Source: an uncultured Clostridia bacterium (GTDB lineage Bacteria; Bacillota; Clostridia; Christensenellales; Pumilibacteraceae). From it: a stretch of 64,000 bases of DNA. The position numbers and the translations under genes are program-made. Positions 19,168-28,903 of this stretch are shown here, in pieces. Within the stretch, counting starts at the first letter, position 1. The number at the start of each line of letters is the position of its first letter. Below the pieces are notes generated by a model, which was given only the letters and a program-made list of their open reading frames with translations, searched no databases and had not been told where the DNA came from. The stretch spans positions 20,952-84,951 of the forward strand of contig CANPYH010000001.1 in assembly GCA_947588325.1 (NCBI GenBank), written 5' to 3'.

Positions 19168-19659
19168 TTGAGAATTTTGGGGCTTGATCCGGGATACGCG
19201 ACGATAGGCTTCGGCGTAATAGACAAAACCGAAATGGGACTGTCCGCTGTTGACTACGGCGTTATCCAAACTCCGCCAAGCGAGACTATCGCGGTAAGGC
19301 TTGCAATGATAGACGACGCAATGACGTCCGTTATGAAAAAGTACGGTCCCGACTGCGTCTCTATCGAAGAGCTGTTCTTCAATACCAACATAACGACGGG
19401 TATTAAGGTCGCACACGCGAGGGGGGTTATGATCCTTAACGCGATAAAGTCGTGTGGTCAGCTCTACGAATATACGCCACTGCAAATCAAACAGGCTTTG
19501 ACGGGAAACGGCAGAGCGACTAAACAGCAGGTGGAATATATGGTTAAAATGGTACTCCGCCTTGCCGTCGTTCCTCGGCCCGACGATGCGGCGGACGCGC
19601 TTGCTGCGGCTATATGTCACGCAAATATGTCGGGCTCGACAAAGAGGGAGGTAAAATAA
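19168..19659 (+). CDS. ruvC: crossover junction endodeoxyribonuclease RuvC
   Basis: ILGLDPGYATIGFG and ADALA.AICH motifs. TTG start 7 nt after GGAG. Confidence 0.9.
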   Translation: MRILGLDPGYATIGFGVIDKTEMGLSAVDYGVIQTPPSETIAVRLAMIDDAMTSVMKKYGPDCVSIEELFFNTNITTGIKVAHARGVMILNAIKSCGQLYEYTPLQIKQALTGNGRATKQQVEYMVKMVLRLAVVPRPDDAADALAAAICHANMSGSTKREVK

Positions 19660-20237
19660 TGTACGCTTATATCAGGGGCACCGTTGCCGAAGTGTCGGGC
19701 AACTCCGTCGTGCTTGACGTCGGCGGTGTGGGTTACGAGCTGTTCGTTTCCATGACGACGCTCGAAACGTGCCGCGTCGGCGAGACTAAAACCTTGCAGA
19801 CTTATCTTAACGTCAGAGAGGACGAAATGAGCCTTTTCGGGTTTGCAGATAAAGCCGAAAAAGCGTTGTTTATCAACCTTAAATCAGTAAGCGGAATAGG
19901 TCCCAAGCTCGCGCTTACCATTCTCGGCGGAATGAAATTGCGGGATCTCGTGGTAAATATCGTATCGGGCAATTCGGCGGCGCTCGGCTCTATAAAAGGC
20001 GTGGGCAAAAAGACGGCGGAGCGTATCGTTACCGAGCTTAAAGACAAATTGAGCAAAGACTATGACGGAGAGGTCGCGCCGCAAGTAGAAACGACGCTGA
20101 CGGGCGACGCCGAAGAGGCGGCAATGGTTCTCGTTGCGCTCGGGTACAAAAAGGAGGCCGCGGTCAAGGCGGTTTCCGAAGTATACAGCGAAGGTATGTC
20201 GGTCAATATGATCGTGCATAAGGCGATAGGCAGGTGA
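19659..20237 (+). CDS. ruvA: Holliday junction helicase subunit RuvA
   Basis: MYAYIRG...VGGVGYE, V.GIGPK.A and [10 protein letters not shown] motifs. Start at ATG 19659 after GGAGG, overlapping the ruvC stop. Confidence 0.9.
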   Translation: MYAYIRGTVAEVSGNSVVLDVGGVGYELFVSMTTLETCRVGETKTLQTYLNVREDEMSLFGFADKAEKALFINLKSVSGIGPKLALTILGGMKLRDLVVNIVSGNSAALGSIKGVGKKTAERIVTELKDKLSKDYDGEVAPQVETTLTGDAEEAAMVLVALGYKKEAAVKAVSEVYSEGMSVNMIVHKAIGR

Positions 20238-21247
20238 GTATGGACGGAGAGAGATTTATAACAAGTACCAAAATTCAGCTCGACAGCGAGCTTGATTTGA
20301 CTCTGCGCCCTAAAACCTTTACCGATTACATAGGGCAGAGCAAAGTCAAGAGCAACCTCGAGGTGTTCATTAACGCGGCAAAGCAGCGTGGCGAGACATT
20401 GGATCACGTTTTGCTGTACGGACCTCCGGGGCTTGGTAAAACCACGATTGCGCATATCATCGCCAACGAGATGGATGCGGATATTAAGGTAATCAGCGGT
20501 CCTGCGCTCAGTTCTATGTTAGACATAGTATCAATTTTGACGGGTATTGAACCGGGCGACGTACTTTTCATCGACGAAATTCACCGAGTGAACAAGACGG
20601 TCGAAGAGGCGCTCTATTCGGCAATGGAGGACTTTACCCTCGATATCGTGCAGGGTAAAGGTCCCGGGGCGCGGACGATTAAGCTCCCGCTGAATAAGTT
20701 CACGCTCGTCGGCGCTACGACGAGAACGGGCATGCTTACAGGTCCCATGCGCGACCGTTTCGGCGTAATATGCCGTCTCGAACCGTATACTTTCGAGGAT
20801 CTCGAGAGAATAATAAGACGGTCGGCGGGCATTCTTAATGTGGAGATAGACGACGACGCCGCGCACGAACTTGCAATGCGTTCGAGAGGCACGCCGCGGC
20901 TTGCCAACAGGCTGGTCAAACGCGTGCGCGACTTTGCGCAGATCATGGGCGACGGTCGCATAACAAAGGATATTACGGATAAAGCGCTCTCGTGCATAGG
21001 CGTTGACTCGCTCGGTCTCGACGATAACGACCGCGCCGTACTCGAGGCGCTCACCGTCAAGTTTTGCGGCAGACCCGTCGGTATTGACACGCTTGCCGCC
21101 GCTACCAACGAGGACGCGGGGACTATCGAAGACGTTATAGAGCCTTATCTGATACAACTCGGTTTTGTATCCAGGACGCCGAGGGGCAGAATAGCAATGC
21201 CTAAAGCGTATATACATCTCGGACTTACTCCGCCAAAGCAGGATTAA
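20234..21247 (+). CDS. ruvB: Holliday junction helicase RuvB
   Basis: [18 protein letters not shown] Walker A and DEIHR motifs. Start is GTG 20234 or ATG 20240. Confidence 0.95.
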   Translation: MSMDGERFITSTKIQLDSELDLTLRPKTFTDYIGQSKVKSNLEVFINAAKQRGETLDHVLLYGPPGLGKTTIAHIIANEMDADIKVISGPALSSMLDIVSILTGIEPGDVLFIDEIHRVNKTVEEALYSAMEDFTLDIVQGKGPGARTIKLPLNKFTLVGATTRTGMLTGPMRDRFGVICRLEPYTFEDLERIIRRSAGILNVEIDDDAAHELAMRSRGTPRLANRLVKRVRDFAQIMGDGRITKDITDKALSCIGVDSLGLDDNDRAVLEALTVKFCGRPVGIDTLAAATNEDAGTIEDVIEPYLIQLGFVSRTPRGRIAMPKAYIHLGLTPPKQD

Positions 21248-21249
21248 CA

Positions 21250-22269
21250 GTGAAAACATCGGACTTTTACTATGATTTGCCCGAATCGCTTATTGCGCAG
21301 ACTCCGATAGAGCCGCGCGACGCGTCGTTGCTTCTCGTCTATGACAGGGCGACGAAAACGATCGAGCATAAGCATTTCTATGATATCGTCGATTATCTCT
21401 CGGATAACGACGTTCTCGTCGTAAATAACACCAAGGTCATTCCCGCGCGCACATACGGCACTTCGGAAACAGGCGCGAGGGTGGAGTTTCTTTTGCATAA
21501 GAGGCTTAACCTGACCGATTGGAAGGCGCTGTGCAAGCCCGCAAAAAAGGCGTCCGCCGGCGCTCGGTTTGCTTTCGGCGACAAGCTGTCCTGTACGGTC
21601 ACGGAAGGCGGAGAAATGGGCGAGAGAACAATTCGATTCTCATATGACGGCGTATTCGAGGATCTTCTTTCCGAGGTCGGTCAAACTCCGCTCCCTCCGT
21701 ATATTCACGAGAAGCTAAACGACGGCTCGCGCTATCAGACGGTGTATGCGAAGTATGACGGATCCTGCGCCGCTCCTACGGCTGGGTTGCATTTTACCCC
21801 CGCACTTCTCGAGAAGCTGAAGGCGAAAGGGGTGGAGATAGTCGAGGTACTTCTGCATGTCGGGCTTGGAACTTTCCGTCCAGTCAAGGAAGAGAATATC
21901 GAAGCGCACAAAATGCACAGCGAGTATTGGCGGATCACGAAAGAGTCCGCGGAAAGACTTAACAATGCAAAAAAAGCAAAAAAACGCATAGTTTGCGTGG
22001 GTACTACGTCTGTCAGAGTGCTTGAAAGTGCAGTTAAAAAGAACGGTATGTTCGAAGAATCGAGTGGCGAAACGAGTATATTTATCTATCCGCCGTATAA
22101 GTTCAAAGCCGCACAGGCGCTCGTAACCAATTTCCATCTGCCCGAGTCTACGCTCATTATGTTGGTATCCGCTTTCTGCGGCAGAGAAGAAACGCTGGAG
22201 ATATATAAAGAGGCGGTAGAGAGGAAGTACAGGTTTTTCAGTTTCGGCGACGCGATGCTGATTAAATAG
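21250..22269 (+). CDS. queA: S-adenosylmethionine:tRNA ribosyltransferase-isomerase
   Basis: DFYYDLPESLIAQ.P and LPPYI motifs. GTG start. Confidence 0.9.
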   Translation: MKTSDFYYDLPESLIAQTPIEPRDASLLLVYDRATKTIEHKHFYDIVDYLSDNDVLVVNNTKVIPARTYGTSETGARVEFLLHKRLNLTDWKALCKPAKKASAGARFAFGDKLSCTVTEGGEMGERTIRFSYDGVFEDLLSEVGQTPLPPYIHEKLNDGSRYQTVYAKYDGSCAAPTAGLHFTPALLEKLKAKGVEIVEVLLHVGLGTFRPVKEENIEAHKMHSEYWRITKESAERLNNAKKAKKRIVCVGTTSVRVLESAVKKNGMFEESSGETSIFIYPPYKFKAAQALVTNFHLPESTLIMLVSAFCGREETLEIYKEAVERKYRFFSFGDAMLIK

Positions 22270-22283
22270 TTCGATAAAATATC

Positions 22284-23399
22284 ATGCAATTTTCTTATAA
22301 AGTCATTCATACGTGCGCGCAGAGCGGAGCAAGAGTCGGAGAGCTAACAACGCCTCACGGCAAGATTTTCACGCCCGTTTTTATGCCTGTCGGCACCCGC
22401 GCTACCGTTAAATCGCTGTCGCCGGAGGAGATAGAAAAGTCGGGAGCGGAGATTATCCTTTCTAATACGTACCATCTCCATCTTCGCCCGGGGGAGGAAC
22501 TCATTAAGAACGCGGGCGGACTGCACAAATTTATGGGCTGGGATAAGCCGATACTCACGGACAGCGGCGGGTTTCAGGTATTTTCGCTCGCTAAACTTCG
22601 GAAAATCACCCGCGACGGTGTAAGTTTCAATTCGCACATAGACGGTGCGCTCATGCAATTTACTCCCGAGAGCGTTATAGATATCGAGAATGCTCTCGGC
22701 GCGGATATTATCATGGCGTTTGACGTATGCACCGAAGCGGGAGTATCGAGAGCGGACGCGGAGGACGCTTTGAATATTACCGCGGAATGGCTTAAACGCT
22801 GCTACGCTCACCACAAAAGCGAAAATCAGATGCTCTTCCCGATAGTGCAGGGCAACGTTTATGATGACCTTCGGCTTAAATCGCTGGAGCTGACCAAAGA
22901 TTATGCGAAGTGCGGAATAGCGATCGGAGGGCTGTCTGTCGGCGAGGATAAGGACACTATGTACCATGTTCTCGACGTTTTACGTCCCAATCTTCCAGAC
23001 AACATGCCGCATTACCTCATGGGCGTCGGCAGTCCCGACTGTCTTGTCGAGGGCGTGCTTCGGGGAGTGGATATGTTTGATTGCGTCCTTCCCACAAGGA
23101 CGGCTCGTAACGGCACGGCATTTACCTCTCACGGAAAGGTCAACATCAGGAACTTAAAATACCGCGAAGATTTCTCGCCGTTGGACGACAATTGCGACTG
23201 CTATTGCTGTCGGCACTTCTCCAAGGCGTACTTGCGCCATCTCATACAATCGGACGAAATATTGGGAGGGAGAATGCTGTCTTTGCATAACATAACCTAT
23301 CTTGCGAAACTCATGTCGAGAATACGCGAAGCGATTATGGAAGATCGCTATCTCGATTTTGTAGAAGAATTCAGACGGAGTGACGAATATGTTTGCTGA
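22284..23399 (+). CDS. tgt: queuine tRNA-ribosyltransferase
   Basis: FMPVGT, TDSGGFQV and the CDCYCC zinc motif. Confidence 0.95.
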   Translation: MQFSYKVIHTCAQSGARVGELTTPHGKIFTPVFMPVGTRATVKSLSPEEIEKSGAEIILSNTYHLHLRPGEELIKNAGGLHKFMGWDKPILTDSGGFQVFSLAKLRKITRDGVSFNSHIDGALMQFTPESVIDIENALGADIIMAFDVCTEAGVSRADAEDALNITAEWLKRCYAHHKSENQMLFPIVQGNVYDDLRLKSLELTKDYAKCGIAIGGLSVGEDKDTMYHVLDVLRPNLPDNMPHYLMGVGSPDCLVEGVLRGVDMFDCVLPTRTARNGTAFTSHGKVNIRNLKYREDFSPLDDNCDCYCCRHFSKAYLRHLIQSDEILGGRMLSLHNITYLAKLMSRIREAIMEDRYLDFVEEFRRSDEYVC

Positions 23400-24528
23400 A
23401 AAACCTGTTTATCTCGATAATGCGGCGACTACGAAAGCAGACGTCTCGGCACTCGAAAGTATTGTTAAATACGGCGGCGAATTGTACTATAATCCCTCGG
23501 CGGGTTACGTCAAGTCTCTGGAAATAAAAAAGGATATCGAAGAGGCGACGGATACGATAGCGGGTTTGCTCGGCGCGTCGAGAGAGGAGATTATCTTCAC
23601 TTCGTGCGCCACCGAGAGCAATAACGAGGCGTTTGAGTGCGGGATACGCAATAAAAAGGGTAACGTCGTTCTGTCTGCTGTCGAACACGCTTCTGTATAC
23701 GAAAGCGCAATGAGACTCAAAAGTCGTGGAATGGACGTGCGTTTTGTTAAGCCGCTTTCCGACGGGCGCATATCCTCCGAGGCGCTTCAATGCGTTATGG
23801 ACGAAAATACCGCCTTTGTCTCGATTATACATTGCTCTAACGAGACGGGAACGGTGAACGACATTCAGTCCCTTTGCGCAGTTGCAAAGGAGCGCAGCCC
23901 GAGGTGCGTATTCCACTCCGACGGGGTTCAGGCGTTCTGCAAAATTCCCACCGATGTTAAGAAACTCGGCGTGGATCTGTATAGCATAAGCGCGCATAAA
24001 GTGGGCGGGCTTAAGGGCGTCGGCGCGCTTTACGTTAAGAAGGGGCTGAATATGCCCCCATTCATAGTCGGGGGCGGTCAGCAGAACGGCAGGCGTTCGG
24101 GTACCGAGAATGTCGGCGGCATTATAGGCTTCGCAAAAGCGGCGCTTGCATATAAAGATAGCGCGGCGGCGTTCGACGCGTCGAAGTTAAGACAATACAT
24201 GGCGGCAAGGTTGACGGACGATCGGGTTAAAATCAACGGTAGCGAGTACAATTCGGGGTATATCCTTTCGCTCTCTTTCGAGGGGCTTCGCGGCGAAGTT
24301 ATCGCGCATATGGCGGAGGAGAAGGGAGTACTCGTCGGGCTCGGCTCGGCTTGCTCCACTCATGTCAAGTCCAACCGCGTACTCGAGGCGATGAGAGTGC
24401 CGCGCCGATACGCCGAGGGAAGTATAAGGATAAGTTTTTCGCCGCATACGACGACGGAAGAGGTTGAATACGCGACAGAGGTTATTGCCGAGGCGGTCGA
24501 AAAATTGAGGAAGGTCATTAATGGATAG
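23389..24528 (+). CDS. cysteine desulfurase (NifS/NifZ-like, class V aminotransferase)
   Basis: VYLDNAATT, SAHK (PLP lysine) and GSACS motifs. Paired with thiI as in B. subtilis nifZ-thiI. Start is ATG 23389 or GTG 23380. Confidence 0.85.
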   Translation: MFAEKPVYLDNAATTKADVSALESIVKYGGELYYNPSAGYVKSLEIKKDIEEATDTIAGLLGASREEIIFTSCATESNNEAFECGIRNKKGNVVLSAVEHASVYESAMRLKSRGMDVRFVKPLSDGRISSEALQCVMDENTAFVSIIHCSNETGTVNDIQSLCAVAKERSPRCVFHSDGVQAFCKIPTDVKKLGVDLYSISAHKVGGLKGVGALYVKKGLNMPPFIVGGGQQNGRRSGTENVGGIIGFAKAALAYKDSAAAFDASKLRQYMAARLTDDRVKINGSEYNSGYILSLSFEGLRGEVIAHMAEEKGVLVGLGSACSTHVKSNRVLEAMRVPRRYAEGSIRISFSPHTTTEEVEYATEVIAEAVEKLRKVING

Positions 24529-25687
24529 AGTAATTATTATCAGATACAGTGAAATACATCTCAAGGGGAAGAACAGGGCGTTTTTCGAGAATATACTTAA
24601 GCGCAACATAATAAGCAAACTTGCGGGAATCACCCACAAAACGGATTTTTGCTACGGCAGATATGTGGTAAGCGATTACGCCGAGAGCGACGAGCAGGCA
24701 ATCGTCAGCAAATTACGGCAGGTTTTCGGTATATTTTCATTGAGTATCGCTTTCAGAACCACAGCAAGCGTGGACGATATATACGAAGCGGCAAAAATCA
24801 TATGCCCGAAAAGCGGCACTTTCAGAGTGACGGTCAACCGTGCGGATAAGACGTTGCCGTATACTTCCGTCGGGCTTTCGGCGGAGATAGGGGGTAGACT
24901 GCTCGAATATAACAGCTCGCTCGAGGTGGATCTTCACACGCCGAAGTCGATAGTATACATAGACGCGCGGGATAGGAATACGGCGTACGTCTATTCGGAC
25001 AGCATTGCGGGCGCAGGGGGTATGCCCGTGGGCAGCGCGGGTCGTGGGCTCACACTGCTTTCGGGCGGTATCGACAGCCCCGTGTCAACTTATATGATGG
25101 CTAAACGCGGGCTGAAACTCACAGCATTGCACTTCTGGTCATATCCCTATACGAGTTACGAAGCGCGCAAAAAAGTGCTGGATCTTGCGAAAATACTCTC
25201 AGATTATACGGGTAATATGTCAGTCATAGTAGTTCCTTTTACCGAAATACAAGAGGCTATACACGCTCACGCCGAGTCTAATTACATGATAACGCTCGTG
25301 CGCCGAGCGATGATGCGGATAGCGGAAATGATTGCGGATGTAAACAGGTGCGGCTGCATAATTAACGGGGAGGACCTCGGTCAGGTCGCGAGCCAGACAT
25401 TGGAGAGCATAAACGTCACTAACTCCGTTATAAAGCATACGCCTGTGTTCAGACCGCTTATCGGCTTCGACAAGATCGATATTATAGATATCGCGCAACG
25501 GATAGGGACATATGAGACTTCCGTCAAACCTTTCGAGGACTGCTGCACGGTTTTCCTGCCCGACAGCCCTGTTACCAAACCCACTATCCGACGCGCCGAA
25601 GCCAACGAGGCGAAGATACCGAACTACGACGAACTAATCGTCAAAGCCGCTCACAACGCGGAAGTTTTCGTAATCCCCGAAAAATAA
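24521..25687 (+). CDS. thiI: tRNA 4-thiouridine(8) synthase ThiI
   Basis: IRYSEI.LKGKNR N-terminus and LLSGGIDSPV PP-loop. Confidence 0.9.
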   Translation: MDRVIIIRYSEIHLKGKNRAFFENILKRNIISKLAGITHKTDFCYGRYVVSDYAESDEQAIVSKLRQVFGIFSLSIAFRTTASVDDIYEAAKIICPKSGTFRVTVNRADKTLPYTSVGLSAEIGGRLLEYNSSLEVDLHTPKSIVYIDARDRNTAYVYSDSIAGAGGMPVGSAGRGLTLLSGGIDSPVSTYMMAKRGLKLTALHFWSYPYTSYEARKKVLDLAKILSDYTGNMSVIVVPFTEIQEAIHAHAESNYMITLVRRAMMRIAEMIADVNRCGCIINGEDLGQVASQTLESINVTNSVIKHTPVFRPLIGFDKIDIIDIAQRIGTYETSVKPFEDCCTVFLPDSPVTKPTIRRAEANEAKIPNYDELIVKAAHNAEVFVIPEK

Positions 25688-27505
25688 GTCCTCGTCCGCC
25701 TTTCTGTCGGGCATATTGTATATGCTGAATTCCGCTCTCACTCTGTCTTTGGGCAGAGTTGCGGATTTTGCGGCGGCAACTCTGTGATTTTTATACAACT
25801 CTGTGGCGTCTATGTCCACGCTTATAACCGTTTCGGGTCTGTCAAACGCTCCGCTTCTCAGTTCGGGGCGTTTCATTATTTCGGCGCATATCTCGGTAGG
25901 GAGCGACCCGCCCGTAACATCCTCGGGCAGATAACCTTCCGGAGCGCCAACCCACACGAGGGTGACGTACTTTTTGTTGTACCCAATGCACCAGGCGTCG
26001 GTGTTACCCGTTTCCGTGCCGACGGTGCCCGTTTTTGCCGCTATGTTGGGGATACGGGACAGCTTTTTTGCCGTGCCGCTCTTTGCGCACTCTGTCAGCA
26101 TTTTATTCAGAAGATAGGCGCTTTCTTCCTTAATCGCATTCTTCCCGCCGCCCGCTATCCTGCAATACGCCCTGCCGAGAGAGCGCAGGTCAACCCCGTA
26201 TTCCATACCGCCGAGCGCAAGCGCAAGCCCGTTGTCGTTATCCGAAAAGGTAATGCCGAGTTTACGCGCAACATCTTTGGACTTTTCGATGCCGTTGATG
26301 TTAAGCACTTTGACGGCGGGGACGTTAAGCGATTGGGATAAGCTCTCCGTCGCCGACACCCAGCCGTAATACTTTCCGAGGTAATTGGTCGGCTTGTAAC
26401 TGCCGAAGTCGGTCGGCTCGTCAAGCAGGGGAGTTACGGGAGTTAGCACGCCGCTGTCGAGTGCGGGAGCGTAGCAGAGAATGGGCTTTATGGTGCTGCC
26501 CGGTCGTCGCTTCATGCCGACGAGGTTTTTATATGTGTTCGATGCAGCGGCGACTATCTCTTCGGTTTTGACGTCGAACACGAGAGCGGCGGCAGTCAGA
26601 TCCGCCCTCGAGGCGAGACTCATTGCACCGAGAACGTGCGCCTGAATTGCCCCCTCATACGCCGTTCGGACGGACGTTTGAGCGGCGGCAGAGACGGCAT
26701 GGTCATAAAAAATATTTTCGTTAGCGTAGGTTGTTACAAACTCTGTCTCATTGCAAGCGTCGAGGTATTCTTCCTTTGTTATGTGGCCGAGATCGAGCAT
26801 GCGCTCGAGGACGAGTTTTTTCCTGCTTTCGGTGTTCTCCCTGTGCTTTATCGGGTCGAATTTGGCGGGATTGTTAATTATGGCGGCGAGCGCGGCGCTC
26901 TCGTCAAGTTCGATTTCGGCAGCGGATTTGCCGAAAAACCGTCTCGAAGCCGTTTCTATACCGTATATGTTATTGCCGAAATACAGGCTATTCAGATATA
27001 GCCCTAAAATCTCGTCCTTGCTTAATCTCTGCTCGATTGCCCTCGCTATACGAATCTCGCGTACTTTTCGCGAAAAAGTCTTTTCGGGAGTGAGATAGGT
27101 GTTTTTTACCAGCTGTTGAGTAATGGTCGAAGCGCCCTCTTTCGCGCTTCCTGTTGCTATATCTTTGATGAGAGCAGCTCCGATCCTCCGAATGTCTATT
27201 GCGCCGTGCTCATAGAAACGCGCGTCCTCGATGGATATGAATGCGTTTTTTGTATCCTCACCGATTTTATCGAAGTCGATTTTCAGATTGCCGTTCTTCG
27301 TTACAGAGGAAAGGAAGTTGCCGTCAGCGTCGTAAAGGTCGTATTTTTCGGTGAGGCGGGACAGGGGAGCCATGTCGAATTCGCCGAATTGTTTGATACG
27401 CACGTTCGGGTCGGTAATGACAAAGAGAGCCGCCGCGAAGCCTATAATCGCGACTAATATCAGAAAAGCCGTTATGCGTATTACTCTTCGGATAATTTTC
27501 ACCAC
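25634..27505 (-). CDS. PBP1A-family bifunctional penicillin-binding protein
   Basis: GT51 motifs EDARFYEHGAID and GASTITQQ. Transpeptidase motifs STIKP, SLN and KTGT. N-terminal TM segment. GTG start without a clear RBS, so the start is uncertain. Confidence 0.85.
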   Translation of the reverse strand: MVKIIRRVIRITAFLILVAIIGFAAALFVITDPNVRIKQFGEFDMAPLSRLTEKYDLYDADGNFLSSVTKNGNLKIDFDKIGEDTKNAFISIEDARFYEHGAIDIRRIGAALIKDIATGSAKEGASTITQQLVKNTYLTPEKTFSRKVREIRIARAIEQRLSKDEILGLYLNSLYFGNNIYGIETASRRFFGKSAAEIELDESAALAAIINNPAKFDPIKHRENTESRKKLVLERMLDLGHITKEEYLDACNETEFVTTYANENIFYDHAVSAAAQTSVRTAYEGAIQAHVLGAMSLASRADLTAAALVFDVKTEEIVAAASNTYKNLVGMKRRPGSTIKPILCYAPALDSGVLTPVTPLLDEPTDFGSYKPTNYLGKYYGWVSATESLSQSLNVPAVKVLNINGIEKSKDVARKLGITFSDNDNGLALALGGMEYGVDLRSLGRAYCRIAGGGKNAIKEESAYLLNKMLTECAKSGTAKKLSRIPNIAAKTGTVGTETGNTDAWCIGYNKKYVTLVWVGAPEGYLPEDVTGGSLPTEICAEIMKRPELRSGAFDRPETVISVDIDATELYKNHRVAAAKSATLPKDRVRAEFSIYNMPDRKADEDLFFGDYENFRVVSGFDD

Positions 27506-27601
27506 GGTTAGTATAATCTTTCATAAAATTATTACTCAGTCAAATGCAGAAAACCCCGTCATTGCTTGCTAATTTCGACACCGTTTGATATAATTGTATT
27601 C

Positions 27602-28903
27602 GTGGAAAGGGTTTATATAAAAACATACGGCTGTCAGATGAACGTCCATGAAACGGAAAAACTTTATGCGGCGTTCGAGCGTGAGGGAATAGGCGCGGCA
27701 GACAGCGCCGAAAACGCGGATATAGTCGTTCTTAACACCTGTTGCGTGAGAGAGGGGGCGGAGACGCGGGTCATAGGCAATCTCGGTCGCATTAAAAAGC
27801 TCAAGCAGTCGAATCCCAATCTGATTGTAGCTGTGTGCGGGTGCATGACGCAGCAGGAGAAAGCGGCGGAAATGCTCCGTAAACGCTGCCCTTTCATTAA
27901 CATAATCACGGGCACATACAGTCTCGGCGCTCTGCCGCAGATGGTTAAGGCTGTCCGTAGCGGTGAAAAGTTTATACTCGACCTTTCCGTCAACGAAGAG
28001 ATCCCGATGGGGATTAACGAGGCATGCCGCTCGGATAACGTCAACCGCTTCGTAAATATCATGTACGGTTGCGACAATTTCTGCACGTATTGCATTGTGC
28101 CGTACGTCAAGGGCAGGGAGCGCAGTCGCAGGCTTGCTGACGTCAAAAGCGAGGTTGAGGGGCTTGTCAGAAACGGGGCGAAGGAGATTACTCTTCTCGG
28201 TCAGAATGTCAATTCCTACCGCGACGGCAATAACGATTTTTACGCGCTTCTTTCCGAACTCTCTGCTATCGACGGCGATTTCTGGATAAAGTTCATGACT
28301 TCTCACCCCAAAGACCTGTCGGGCGACGTTATTAAACTTATCGGCAGAGAAAAGAAACTCGCAAATTATGTGCATTTGCCCGTTCAGTCGGGTAGCGACG
28401 AAATACTTAAAAAGATGAACAGAAAATACAGCGTTGCCGATTACCTCCGCAAGATCGACATGATACGCGAATATATCCCGCACGCGGGTCTTACAAGCGA
28501 TATTATTGTAGGCTTTCCGACGGAGACGGAGGAGGACTTTGCCGCAACTCTCGACTTGGTAAGGCGGGTTCGGTATAACAACCTGTTTATGTTTATATAC
28601 TCCAAGCGCAACGGTACGCCTGCCGCTATTATGGAAGGACAGGTGCCCGAGGCGATTAAAAAGGAGCGTATAACTCGGCTCATTAACGCTCAGTCGGAAA
28701 TATCAAATGAGCTGGCTTCGGTTTGCGTCGGCGAGACGTTCAGAGTACTTTGCGACGGTCGGGGCAAAAACGCGACGGGCAAAACTTCGGACGACAGAGT
28801 GATAGTATTCGACGACGGCGGCGCGGATCTGTATAACCGATTTGTTGACGTTGAGGTTACGTCGGCAAAGAACAGCAAACTTTACGGGAGGATAAAAGTA
28901 TGA
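27602..28903 (+). CDS. miaB: tRNA-i6A37 methylthiotransferase
   Basis: YIKTYGCQMN and radical-SAM CDNFCTYC motifs. The start is uncertain (GTG 27602 or TTG 27566). Confidence 0.85.
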   Translation: MERVYIKTYGCQMNVHETEKLYAAFEREGIGAADSAENADIVVLNTCCVREGAETRVIGNLGRIKKLKQSNPNLIVAVCGCMTQQEKAAEMLRKRCPFINIITGTYSLGALPQMVKAVRSGEKFILDLSVNEEIPMGINEACRSDNVNRFVNIMYGCDNFCTYCIVPYVKGRERSRRLADVKSEVEGLVRNGAKEITLLGQNVNSYRDGNNDFYALLSELSAIDGDFWIKFMTSHPKDLSGDVIKLIGREKKLANYVHLPVQSGSDEILKKMNRKYSVADYLRKIDMIREYIPHAGLTSDIIVGFPTETEEDFAATLDLVRRVRYNNLFMFIYSKRNGTPAAIMEGQVPEAIKKERITRLINAQSEISNELASVCVGETFRVLCDGRGKNATGKTSDDRVIVFDDGGADLYNRFVDVEVTSAKNSKLYGRIKV

